A stretch of 62,638 nucleotides of DNA, counting the filler, from Sphacelaria rigidula (Eukaryota): the NCBI GenBank assembly GCA_964200075.2. It is 9 parts of 9 records of this genome, joined end to end, with 100 filler letters (N's around TTAATTAATTAA, not from the genome) between each part and the next. Parts side by side here need not be neighbours in the genome. Positions count along the whole stretch, not along the records: positions 48,798 to 55,668 come from CAXNAA020017659.1; positions 55,769 to 62,638 come from CAXNAA020017660.1; 7 more parts are not named here. The stretch is one strand, 5' to 3'. A model generated the notes under the pieces. The model saw nothing but the letters and a program-made list of their open reading frames with translations. It had not been told where the DNA came from and made no database searches. The translations under genes were made by a program, and so were the position numbers. Each line of letters starts with the position of its first letter. Positions within the stretch are counted from its first letter, which is position 1. Below are positions 51,901 through 62,638 of this stretch, piece by piece.

Positions 51901-53280
51901 TGGGAGCTATCCCAGGGAACGCCAGGGGAACAGGGTACTCGGGTTGCACTGAATGCTCAGCTATCCATCCCTTAGTATCATCCTTACTGCTATCACGCTC
52001 TCCCACCGCATTCTTCTCATACTTTGTTGCATACCAATCGATAAATACGTTATGGCATCACCGCCCCCCCCTATGGTCTCTTCGCGGCTAAGATGACATG
52101 TGCGGTACAGCCAAACCATCGATGTCCTGGCTCTAAGCAACGACTACCATTGTTTTGTATGTCACCGTACTTCTTGTCAATGGTTTCGTACTGCTGTTCT
52201 GGTCGTTCTTGTCCGCTACAGTATCACTGGAAACGCCCCCACCACCTTTGGCGCCATCTTGATAGCGATTTCGGCGGGTGGGCTTGCTCTTATCGAGAGC
52301 TCGTCCTCAGTTACGGTTCTTCGTACCATTCCTAGACATACGCGTGGATCTCTATCTTGCAAGAGCCTCTATTTCTGCTCGGGTGATGTTTTCTCTGTAC
52401 AAAATTGTTCGCTGTTCGTACGCGTAGTCGCTTCTGGGCACCTGAACTATCTTGAGGTTCACACCCTCTATGGGCATATGTACCCCTAGTGATACTAGTA
52501 CGCCCAAAATCTTATCTATGCGCGCAAAAACCTTCGTCGGATCTTCCTTATACTCCATATGTTAGTCGTTGAAAAGGTGGTTCCACATCGACTTTTCCGA
52601 GAGGGTTCTCGGGAGGAACCCATTACAAAAAAAGCGCCAGTCTACACTCGGGGAGTTTGTGTCGAATACCCTGCTAGATATTTGAAGGTCCGTGATGCTC
52701 TCCGTCAAACACGTCCAAGTAATACGTGCTCGTCTCATGCTTGTCTCGCTGAAACCTTGATCAACCAAAACCTGGGACCTCCCTGAGGGGTCACCTACGG
52801 GCATATAATTTGCTGCAGTCGAAGCCTGCACACAGTCACTAGATGAAGCAAAGTCCTCGAAAAATCTTTTCCGTAGAGGAAAATCAACACTATTATCTAG
52901 CTTGGGGATCAGCAGTTTTAATGCTGCTTCTTCCCCTAGGACTGATTGCGAAAGTGCTGATCCTAACCTCACCGACAGCTGGCAGCAGGATATCGGTGGT
53001 GACTCCACCTCTCCGACCCGAAGCAGGCCCTGCCCGCTCCCTGTTCGCAGGACCATCAAGATACGACGGTTGGTCTCCACTGACGGACCTTTCCATGCGT
53101 CCGCCGATACCTTCCTGAGCAGCCTTGATCAGTGACAGCCTTTCGCCCAAGACCCTTGTCTGTACTTCAAGCAGCGCCCTCGTATTTATCTCTGCACTGT
53201 CTTGATCTGCCACCTTGAAACAACGATTCAAGTTCGAACTAGTGCGTTCACGTGTTCTAGTGATCTTATTGACCAGATGA
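48960..53280 (-). mobile_element. Decayed Ty1/copia LTR retrotransposon (gag-INT-RT-RNaseH)
   Basis: gag (EDPTKVFARIDKI..), GAG-pre-integrase FHCLQGH..CTECSVAK, integrase PELNGVAER, RT KWVYKWK/GYGQVEGVD/LDIDQAF/LNKAVYGSKQS/VHVEDI, RNaseH YVDAGYA/LSTTEEEY/QPANILTK. Copia domain order. No LTR pair found. Confidence 0.95.
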
Positions 53281-53679
53281 CCTTGCAGCAACAACAGACC
53301 CTTGCTGTGTGCTCAGACAGAGTATTGCCCTCTTGCAGTAGTCGAGAAGAGGATGAATGTGCGTTTTAAATGTTTATTATCACTATCCACACGTACAAAA
53401 TTGGCTGAAGAGAGGTGAGGGAGACGACTGAGCGAGTAGGGCGTAGAGCACTGTTATAACGTCACGACTGCCTACGATCCAAAATCTACTGTGGGCGAAA
53501 GATCCGCAACAGACACGAGCACAGTTCTCAAAATATAGAACTTGGAACAATTGGCCTTTGTTCAATCACGAGAAAAGTTCTCAGTAATCTCCCTTGAATA
53601 ATCGATTACTCCTGATTTCCCCGCCCATGCGTCTGAGGTCTATTCGTAGATCAACTTTATTAAACTTACAGGGTACCAG

Positions 53680-54465
53680 CTCCCATACGGGTCACGCCAG
53701 CAATAGATAGGCGCCAGATGTATCTTTGTTCACTCCGCATGCCAAGAAGGCCTCTACGACTGTTTGATCGCTCATACATCCCCCCCGACTGTGGTGTGGC
53801 AGACTTGTCCTTGTAAACACACAGATGCAGAGAGGTCGGGAAGAAATCAACCATGACAATAACACCCCCCACCAACTTGCGTTCGGTCTCCTTATTGCCG
53901 CAACACTGTCCTCGCCGGCATGTGTGTGAGAGAACGGTAGCGGTGACGGGAACATTGCCCTGCTTGTCGACGACGTGTTCTGCAGCGCACAGAGGCGCGT
54001 CCTGTCCAAAACGGGAGGCAGAGAGGATTTGACCTCTGTATTGGTCAGCACCACAGACAAGAGAAGGTATCGTCAGTCAAGATGCGACACTCCTCGTCAC
54101 TCCGATGTTTTTTGGGGCGCTGTACGGCAATCAATCCCCTGCTGGAAGATGAAAACTTGGGTACGTGCTGGTAAAGTGATGAGGCAATCTTTCCAGCGAT
54201 TGGGAACCGCCAAACGAGGACACACAAAGGACACGGACGAAGAGCTTCCTCTCCGCCGGTGCTCCTCCGGCGGTTTCGTCATCGACACGCACGCGTGTAC
54301 ACGGTGTTGTTTCGGTGCACCTAAGCACACCTGCTTCATTGCCACAACTTTCTTTTTGCCAAGATGATCTCCCTTGGCACAATGTTTTGGCACCAAACCT
54401 GCATTTAAGTTCTGCTACTTGAACCTCATTTTTGAATTTGGCCCCATTTTTCAGTATTGTCTGTT
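53680..54465. mobile_element. Diverged partial copy of the AACAG long-TIR element (right arm plus interior)
   Basis: Aligns to ~2925-3636 (cactccgcatg.caagaagg, ggcatgtgtgtga, cacacaaaggacacgg, acttgaacctcatttt) and ends in ctgtt. Confidence 0.75.
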
Positions 54466-54727
54466 ACAGCGCATGAGAGAGGGCGTGAGTGTGTTTATAC
54501 TGCAGCACATGCAGTGAAACAGGACATGTCCCCCGTGATTTCTCTTCCCCTGATTTCAGACGTATCCCGATTTTCTGCCCCGTGCCGAGGGTTGAACGCT
54601 CCGCCAAGGTCGCGCTTTGCGCGAAATTGTTTTTGAGTAACTTTGAGTTGCCCCTATCTGTGGGACGCGAGCCTCTACAAATGACTGTATTGCTCGCAGT
54701 GTCTTTGCATAGTACAGGTTGTACTTG

Positions 54728-55054
54728 TACCAGTGGAGTTGACCGGAGGTGCAAGCTGCACATGGTTGATGTTACTTGATACGAGTGTCTGCGATGAGAA
54801 TCGATTCTTTATTGATCGGGGCTTGACAACTCCGTGTGCTCCAACGTGCGCAGAACGCGTTGTCGTCCAAATCGGCGCCCGAGTCGGCGCTAGAGGGGGC
54901 CGATTCGAGGTCTATGAACGCCACAATTTGCACAGAGAATCCTGTGCACCTCCCTTGCCCGAGGGTTCTCGATATACCTTGGGTCGGGGGCTAGGGTGAG
55001 GGTGAGTGGTTGTTGCAAAATGTGTCAACCAAGAATAGAATGTATCCCAACTCC
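54728..55054. mobile_element. MITE, same family as 59470-59772 (opposite orientation)
   Basis: Shares catggttgat.ttacttgat.cgagtgt and gtgctcc..cgtgcgc.gaa.gcgtt...caaatcggc with the reverse complement of 59470-59772. Confidence 0.6.
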
Positions 55055-55310
55055 GGAGCAATGCTACGGTAGGGGTGCACGTTTTGCGCAAAGTCTCGTC
55101 TGGTTTAGGGGCTCCTAGTGATTCTAAATACACAATAATATGGGTCAGGGCATCCCCGTGTGCAAATTCGTTCGGGATATCCCTAGCGGGAATAGTGATC
55201 CTGGCGTACTCTCACATATTTCATAGGTCGCGTTTCGGATAAGATAAAGGGCTTCTAACAGTTCTAACCACAGAAAATATTTGGGCACCCCTACCGTAGC
55301 ATCACTCTCC
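55055..55310. mobile_element. MITE with GGAG..ATGCTACGGTAGGGGTGC TIRs; partial second copy at 55436-55612
   Basis: ggagcaatgctacggtaggggtgc / gcacccctaccgtagcatcactctcc. A ~175-bp direct repeat starts at 55436. Confidence 0.65.
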
Positions 55311-55768
55311 GATTAAGTCACCCCCTTATTTAACCCCATACGGGGGGATATACGTTTCTCGCTGGGATGATGACAAAACAACGTGCGGCTGATCTGTGCC
55401 CGTATGGCCAACCCGACGATGATCACCAGGATCAGAGCAATGCAACGGTAGGGGTGCACTTCTTCGGCGAAATCTTGTCTGGTTCAGCAGCTCCTAAAGA
55501 TTCAACATGCACAATAATATGGGCCAGGGCGCCCCCGTTGGCAAATGCATTCGGGACATCCCTAGCACATTGGAGTAGTAATTCTAGCGTACCCTCACAT
55601 ATTTCATAAGTCAACAGTGAATCCTAGAAAATGAGGTTCATACAAAATATGGGGTTGAGGTGGCATTTNNNNNNNNNNNNNNNNNNNNNNNNNNNNNNNN
55701 NNNNNNNNNNNNTTAATTAATTAANNNNNNNNNNNNNNNNNNNNNNNNNNNNNNNNNNNNNNNNNNNN

Positions 55769-55958
55769 AACCCAACCCGACCGCTCCGGGGTTCCATTTT
55801 TCGGTACATCCATGACGTGTGCATGTGGAGTCTTGTTGGATCTTCCACAGTAAAAATGGTTGCCGTCGGTCTTTTCTGTTTCCATATTTTCTCCTTTGCC
55901 AGGGCTTCTCATAACGAGGCGTCTGGCCCGGGGACGGGAGGGGAGGGTTCCAAAAGGG
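55769..55958. mobile_element. Right end of a piggyBac-like element
   Basis: gggttccaaaaggg|TTAA at 55945-55962. Confidence 0.6.
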
Positions 55959-56311
55959 TTAATTCTGTCAACGTGTAGTGACGCAACGCACGTCAGGTTA
56001 TCGTACGCATCAACGCCCACGTCCGCCCTTTACTCCCACGTTTTTGATCCTAACAGTATCCTCTCCAGCTAATCAGCCGAGAGCGCACCATGTTACCGTG
56101 CGTAGCCATCATAAAAAAACACACCTTGAACCAGTCCTTCCGCGCTCTTTTTTCTACCGTATGAAGACGTGTATAAAGAAGACACCCCACCTCTCAATCG
56201 CCAGAGGAGCGAGTGAATCATCATGATCCACTACAGCTGCGTGCGACCCTCGGTACTCTAGGCTTGAGTGCGTAATGCTAAAAATCAGTCAACAACCTTG
56301 CAAGAACCTTG

Positions 56312-56341
56312 CAACAACAACAACAACAACAACAACAACAA
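56312..56341. repeat. (AAC)n microsatellite
   Basis: About 10 units. Other short runs: (CAT)n/(AAC)n at 58108-58188, (GCA)n at ~59276-59296, (GATCT)n at ~62383-62405. Confidence 0.9.
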
Positions 56342-56578
56342 AATGGTGACACGAACTACAGCATAGATTCACAACAACTCGATACACGTCAATGAGGCCT
56401 GGCGTGGGAGGAAGTGCTGGCCTTGAACTCTGCGACAGACGGAGCCCAAGGTATGTAGCACCGCGAGAGAGAGACTGACTAACTGATCTCTCCACTCTAC
56501 GAACTCGTCTAGCGGAATCGGAGGGGGAGGGGCAAGGGGTTGAAGTAATGAAGAAAAAAAACAAGAACGAGAACATAC

Positions 56579-56716
56579 CTGGCCAACCAGCCCGCCGGCC
56601 GCGTGCTGAGAAGCGCCACCAACTCGCCTGCGCGCATCTGCGGGACGGCCCGTTGGTTGACAACGGCCACCAAAGCATCACCTGCCACCTCCGGCCATGT
56701 CAAGAGGTTCAACGGC
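56579..56716 (-). CDS. DDT-domain chromatin protein, exon
   Basis: gtcag|(R)PLNLLTWPEVAGDALVAVVNQRAVPQMRAGELVALLSTRPAGWLA|gtatg. L--LTWPE is typical just after the DDT helices. Confidence 0.7.
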
Positions 56717-58369
56717 CTGACTCGGAGCACAAGAGGCACACACCATACGAAACCACACAAATCATAACGGTGATTCTCAGAAGTTCGCGGATCGTAACTT
56801 TGTCCACATGAGGCGTTACACCCCCCCTCCCTTGGTGGCAAGCCACCTTCCTTTCGTAGTGCATTGCATAATATAGTTACTGAACCGCTTTTTTTCTTCC
56901 TTCGGAAGATTGATAATATGGGGGTATACACCCAAAAAGTCAGTTAAAATGAGGTACCCCAAGTATTGCCGTGGAGTATGCCCCATCGGGCGGTATAGGC
57001 CTGCTACGTCACTCGCCATGTCTGACCGTGCGGACTGCCAAATAATATTATAGTATCATCATCCTGGTGTTGATTCCGCTCAATCAATCGTATCCGCACT
57101 TGCGACATCGAGCTGCGACAGCTAACACCGAAATATCCAAGTGTACAACACACAATAACCTAGCTCCTCCTGTCAGAGAGCTTACACTGACAGCGCAAAA
57201 GCAATTTGAGCACCGTGCTAGGTAACTGCTGTGTGCCCGGCAAATGAAATAGTCAATCACTATACAATACTCCAGCAGCAGAAGAATACACAGCACGGTG
57301 CAGTCAGACTAGTTGCCGGTTTGAATCTTGATCGTCACAGGGGGGGGTGGATATCTATGCATGTCGACCCAAAGACACCAATAAAAGAAGAGGGAAAAAC
57401 AAACGAGGAACACGAAATTGGAAGGGCATGCTTGGTTGAAAACCTGAACTAGGGACGGCCCTGAGAATGAATGGGCTGGACATCCGAGTCTGATGCTCAT
57501 TTGTCAAGTGAAAAAGTGTACCGATTCAACCGACGGGACACATACTGGCAACCCCGTCGAAGATTAAATGGCCGATTCGAGATAAGGGAGCACACAAAAC
57601 GAACAGAACAGGAAGGGAAATAAAAGAGCATGGCGGGAGGAGGGGGGGGGACGCGACTCAAGGAGAACGGACGATCGGGAATTCTTTTTCAGCGGATTCG
57701 ATGGTGACATTCATATATATCCCAAGACGCGAGTGTCGATTCCAAGATGAAATGCTGTCATATGTGGGAGGCAGGGAAGGAGGATGAGCGGGGGGGGAGT
57801 CCTGCTGTGCATCGCTAAGATTTCTTCGTTGCCGGGTCCTCTAGTGTAAAAAAGCTGTTTCTTGTGCTTCTCCCTCTGTCCGTCTGCCTCCTAGTCCGTG
57901 CAGGCTTCCGGTAAACTTTTTCTCCGAGTGGGCAAATATTAAATTGCTATCAGCGGTGGCCGGACAAAAAGCCTCGTAGACGAGACAACACCGACTGCTG
58001 CAAAGCAACAACGACAACGAAATAAATGGTGATCGATAGACACACCTGCGTGTGTTTTCACAAAACGGACCAACAAAGTCGCACGGCAGAAACGCTTTGC
58101 TACGATGACATCATCATCATCATCATCATCAAACGGTAACAACAATAGCATCCTCACTAGCAGCACAACAACAACAACAACAACAACAAGGACGGGGGTA
58201 AGCACAAACACTACACCATTCAACATCAACGCCGACTCTCCGGCTCCTGCGAGTAACAAGGGAAGCAAGACAAGAAAAAGCAGTGAGTGACAAAGGAAGA
58301 AAAGGAAAGGAAGAAGGGAACAAACCGCAGCTACAGAAATATCACATCACCATAAACTATATTTCTCAC

Positions 58370-58509
58370 CTGAGGGCAAGGACTTGATCCACCGTCTTCT
58401 TGGACATGCTCGCCCGCATCATCCTGCGCAGATCCAGCAGCAGCACCTTGGTGAGCAGCATGCACGCCTCCGAAAACGCCAGCTCAGACGTGGATGGGAC
58501 AGCAGCCGC
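58370..58509 (-). CDS. DDT-domain chromatin protein, exon
   Basis: tctcag|AAAVPSTSELAFSEACMLLTKVLLLDLRRMMRASMSKKTVDQVLAL|gtgag. Phase 2 matches the exon at 56716. Confidence 0.72.
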
Positions 58510-59469
58510 CTGAGAAAAATACACAAGCAGATTGGATATTGAATGGAAAAGATGATCCCGAAGATCGAACCCCGACGATATCGTCGCGCTCCGATGGTCT
58601 TGTAGTACAACTGGTACACACTATCAGGTCGGGGAAAAGGTGGGTTCATTCCCCACTAGATGCAAAATATCTGATTTCCGTCGTCGAAAGTAGATGGACG
58701 TGAAAGGCAAAAAAAGAGTCTGCGTGGCTTGAGTTTGTCAGGCGAGAGTTGGCGCGGTGCGGTAGTGCAGGTCATGATCTAATCCGCGATACCAAAATGT
58801 GAAGGCGTGTTCCGGGGGAGGAATGGGTTGATCCCTTGAGACCACGGACTCCTCCCGAGCAACGAGGACAGGCTGGAAGTGAGACAAGGAAAAAACACGA
58901 CGGGATAGAACCAACTGCGGGAACAACACAGATGTAGGTACCAACCACCCCTTATACAAAGGGGAAAATGACCACAAGTTCTCGTGGAGCACTCATCATC
59001 TTACAGCACTGGCGACACCAACAGACAACCGATATTACGACCCTTGACACACACTCAAGAGGTACGGCCCTGTCCGGTCCCCTTCCTTTGAGAAAACACG
59101 AGCAGATGAGTAAGCCACGCCAGGAGGACCTCTGGTGTCAGAACCCACTAGAATACGGCAAAAAAACACCGTCCCTTATATAAATACCGAAAAATAAAAA
59201 ACGAAAAACTGAACTGAAACAAAGGGGATACCCCACCCGGGCAAAAACACAGCAACGCCAAGGCAAGGACAGGAACAGCAGCAGCAGCAGCAGCAGCGGC
59301 AGCGCGGCAGCGCGGCAGCAACACTGCTCTTAACAACATTTCAAGCGTGAGTCCACGACTGACACGACCCCCCCCCCCGTCCCTCTCTGCCCCCATCCCG
59401 TGGTACCAGGAGAAGCAAGACACACGCAACTAAAGCTTGAGTTGGTTGCATGGCCAATTCACTGCCTCA

Positions 59470-59772
59470 TCGAGGAGGGTTTACCCCAGTTGGGCTACAA
59501 CCTACCCATGGTTGATGTATTTTACGACTAACGTTAAGTCCAACTCTACCCCTAACCCCAATCCAAGGCGAAGCGGGAATCCTTGGGGAAGTGGGGGGGC
59601 GTACGGCTCCCTAAGCAAGTTGTGGCCGATTTGAACGGAAACGCTTTCAGCGCACGCTAGGAGCACATGGGATTGTCAGCCTCACTAAGGTTCCAATTCT
59701 CGTTGTGCACACTCGAATCAAGTAAGATCAACCATGGGTAAATTGTAAACCGACTGGGGCAAGCTCTGCTGG
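59470..59772. mobile_element. MITE with ~45-bp imperfect TIRs and an internal CCCTAACCC motif
   Basis: ttaccccagttgggctacaacctacccatggttgat vs atcaaccatgggtaaattgtaaaccgactggggcaa. Confidence 0.7.
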
Positions 59773-60208
59773 TGATACCAGCCGCCGTCGTAAGACAGAC
59801 CGTACCCGATGTCAAATATCGTAAAAACAAGAATACTCTACCATTATTACTATCGTGTTCGTGTTATTATTTCCGCACATTAATCCGATCTCTCGAACCC
59901 GTGGTCACAGGCATAGGCTCGTCTTTCCAATACCGTCCCCGCCATTCCTTACAAGACAGAGTCCTCGTCATTCTTTCCTGAGACTCCAAGCCTAAATACA
60001 AGAACAAACGCAATCAACCAAAATATTACCAAAAGAAAAATAAGAAAAGGGACGCCAAGAAAAACATGACAAGTAGCCCCCCCCCGAGTTCAACGGGGTG
60101 AAAAGGAAAACTCTAATATACAAAAAAAGCCGAGGATTCAAAGGGGGAAGCAAGACAAATAAAACAACAAGAAAAATCCCCAATGATTGTACTGAGAACA
60201 AAAATACT

Positions 60209-61626
60209 TAGGGCTGTGAACTCTCTGCCCTGGCCAGTTAAGTTTAAACTGGCCGCGCCAGCGGGCAGTACATCGATTGTTTTCCAGTTAATCGGGTACA
60301 CAATCGGCGGCGAGAAAAATTGCGTATTTGGCTTGTTTTTCCTTCAAAAATGTGGAAATTCGTAGAAAATGTGACCCCTCACATTGAGGAGCTTAACCCT
60401 TTTGGAACCCACTGACGATTTTTTTTTTGTAAATCGAAATCATTTTGACTTGAAAATGACTGAAAACGATACCGATTCACGAAAATAAAAATCGTCAATG
60501 GGTTCCAAAAGGGTTTAAGTCTTGGGTGACACAGTAGTGCCCGACAAAAACCCTCCGAGATCGTATGTACCCCCCCCTTCGGCGGTCGCAGGATTTTTTT
60601 CTTCCTCACATTAAGAAACACTCAATAAATAGACATTTTGGGGCGACTTGGGTGAGGTAGCGCCCATGATTGTTGGCCCTATCTGCCGCACCACAAGATG
60701 CGACGTACATTGTGCGCAAATTGACGGTGCAGATAGTTGCGTCTAGCTTGACAGAGCAAGCATTGCAGAGCATTGTGGTATTCACCTGGTCTTGTTCTCG
60801 TCGTGGAAGTGTGATGTGGAATGTATTGCCGAAAACCATAAATATAACTTGGCCTTACTTGGCTCCGAAGGTATGCGAAAAATTAAAGCTCCATGAACAC
60901 GAATTTCAATTTGTATATACTATTTATTTGTTTATTTTTATTTTATTTTAAATTGTGTACAAGATCTGGTACACACACACACACACACGAAAGACTCCAG
61001 GATTCAAAAAAGGGCCAAAGGGTCTCTAATTGTTTTTTTTCGGGGCACTCTCGGATGACCTTCAAATCGCATTCGAAGCGGTGAGCGATTCGAATAACAT
61101 TCATCTATAATATGCAGCTGCAGACTCTCCGTGAGGAGAGGACGATGCAAACAAGCCAAGGCTGGCAACACGCGGAGATGGGAGCGCAAAATGATTGACT
61201 TCTGGACCCACAAGCACGCATGCAGTTGAATTGCAAGCCATGTTGTACTTTGTATTTTGTGGTCGCGGATTACCATTTGTGTGCTTTTTTATATTCCAGA
61301 TGTATGTTGTGCTATGAAACGATAAACCTCGCACATATCCGCAATATCACTTCAAGGTGTAGTGACCACGAGTACTGTACTGTACTGTGAGTACGTGTAC
61401 TGTTGTCAGGTGCAGACCCCAATCCTATTATTGTCATTTTGTTCGCAATCATGTAAGCATTTTTGTCATAAACGAACCATACTAAAAATGGTATAAACAT
61501 AGCCGGTAACGGCAAACTTCAAATAAACTGGATAAACTGGATAATCCGGAGTCCTCATCACCAGTTCCAGTTAAACTCAAGTTCCAGTTTAACTGCCAGT
61601 GCGAACTGGTCCAGTTCACAGCCCTG
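60209..61626. mobile_element. Non-autonomous hAT element
   Basis: TIR (T/C)AGGGCTGTGAACT. Perfect 8-bp TSD AAAATACT (60201-60208, 61627-61634). Subterminal CCAGTT/AACTGG repeats at both ends. Confidence 0.92.
60397..60513. mobile_element. 117-bp piggyBac-like MITE nested in the hAT element
   Basis: TTAA|cccttttggaacccactgacgatttt ... aaaatcgtcaatgggttccaaaaggg|TTTAA. Confidence 0.85.
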
Positions 61627-62638
61627 AAAATACTATGTACATCACATATATATGTACACCGAAGCAGATTTCCTTTGGAGAACAGAAGACCCCATAGCCG
61701 ATGCGCCGTCATTATCCACGCATCCACGCACTTTCCTCATTGCAGAGGTGCTACCTACTACACGAGTGGAGGGAGGCTTTCACCTCACCTCGAAAACAGG
61801 GATATTGCTTTCGGAATGTATACAACACGGAATCCCCAGGGTGAATTGTTATCTGTGACCGTTTGCAGTGAGGCATACCGGAATAATAACATCAAACGAA
61901 ACTAATGTCTGTCATCGTCCGTCACTATGCACAGTTTACCCCAGTTAGACCTCATCTTGCACATTATGAACAAGACTTTGTGCTCGAGTTACTTCCGACG
62001 TACCTACTTTGTGCAGTGGAATAGAACGAACGATTACGCTCACATTGTTCAACACAGGTAACCACGCGGACATCTAAAACTGTGACAACAACAAAATAAA
62101 TTCGTGACGGGTTTCTCCAAACACCACTCAAGAGGGTAGACTTACAAGTCCCGCGGTATGTTTATCTTCTCCGCAATTGAAAGGCAAAAAATATATAACA
62201 TATCACCCACAGCTCCATCCGGCCCCTGCATCGTGAGGTATATAGTGATATTGCTCACAAAGTAACCTGCCGAGTTTATAATTGTTTTGGCCCGGTTGGT
62301 CATTCAAACAAACGAGGTATTCCAGTTGCTTTGGTGGTTACCTGTACTCCGTCCACGGCCTGAGGTGGATGAGTTTTGTATTGATCTGATCTGATCTGAT
62401 CTGATTGTCGCACATCGGCGCAGTGTATCTGAACCAACTGTGCTCTCCCCCGTGCCCAGGTGCTCACACTCGCAAGACACTAACGGACACAAGACACCAC
62501 ACCATACGACACACGGAAAAAATGACACGAGCAAAGATTACTCAAGGCGAGGGAGGGGGGGGGGGCGTACTCATTTGTTGCTTGCCTTAGTCGTTTGACC
62601 ATTGACCATGCATCCCTGTCGGGACGGAGGAGGGGGGG

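Noticed and set aside
58105..58290. Ser/Thr-rich plus-strand ORF
   Set aside because: Generated by microsatellites inside an intron of the minus-strand DDT gene.

Overview
Eukaryotic, intron-rich DNA, almost certainly from a brown alga (Phaeophyceae), because it contains a spliced mannuronan C5-epimerase gene. The window is not one locus. It is nine unlinked, size-sorted contigs (eight of 6871 bp, the last 6870 bp) joined by artificial 100-bp spacers (N44-TTAATTAATTAA-N44), so adjacency across spacers means nothing. Exons of host genes that I could assemble by hand: a mannuronan C5-epimerase 3' half (contig 1), a vWA + DUF11/DUF7507-like Ig-repeat protein (contig 3), a DDT-domain protein (contig 9), a protein with a 'GRRDLVNAITRYGG' helical repeat motif (contig 5) and a probable ABCC-type N-terminal membrane domain (contig 2). 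The rest is mostly transposon debris: a decayed Ty1/copia element, an RTE-like LINE, three tRNA-derived SINE copies, and non-autonomous TIR elements of hAT, piggyBac and Tc1/mariner type. Several TIR families could not be classified. The best novelty candidates are (i) a >6-kb repeat present in two contigs carrying a decayed multi-exon gene with WRKY/FAR1-like zinc-finger motifs but no recognisable transposase core, (ii) a TIR family with unusual 5'-AAC termini and an apparent 5-bp TSD, and (iii) the bacterial-adhesin-like vWA-Ig gene. I found no CRISPR array, Fanzor/TnpB, rRNA or intact tRNA gene. All protein family calls are motif recognition by eye, not database results.
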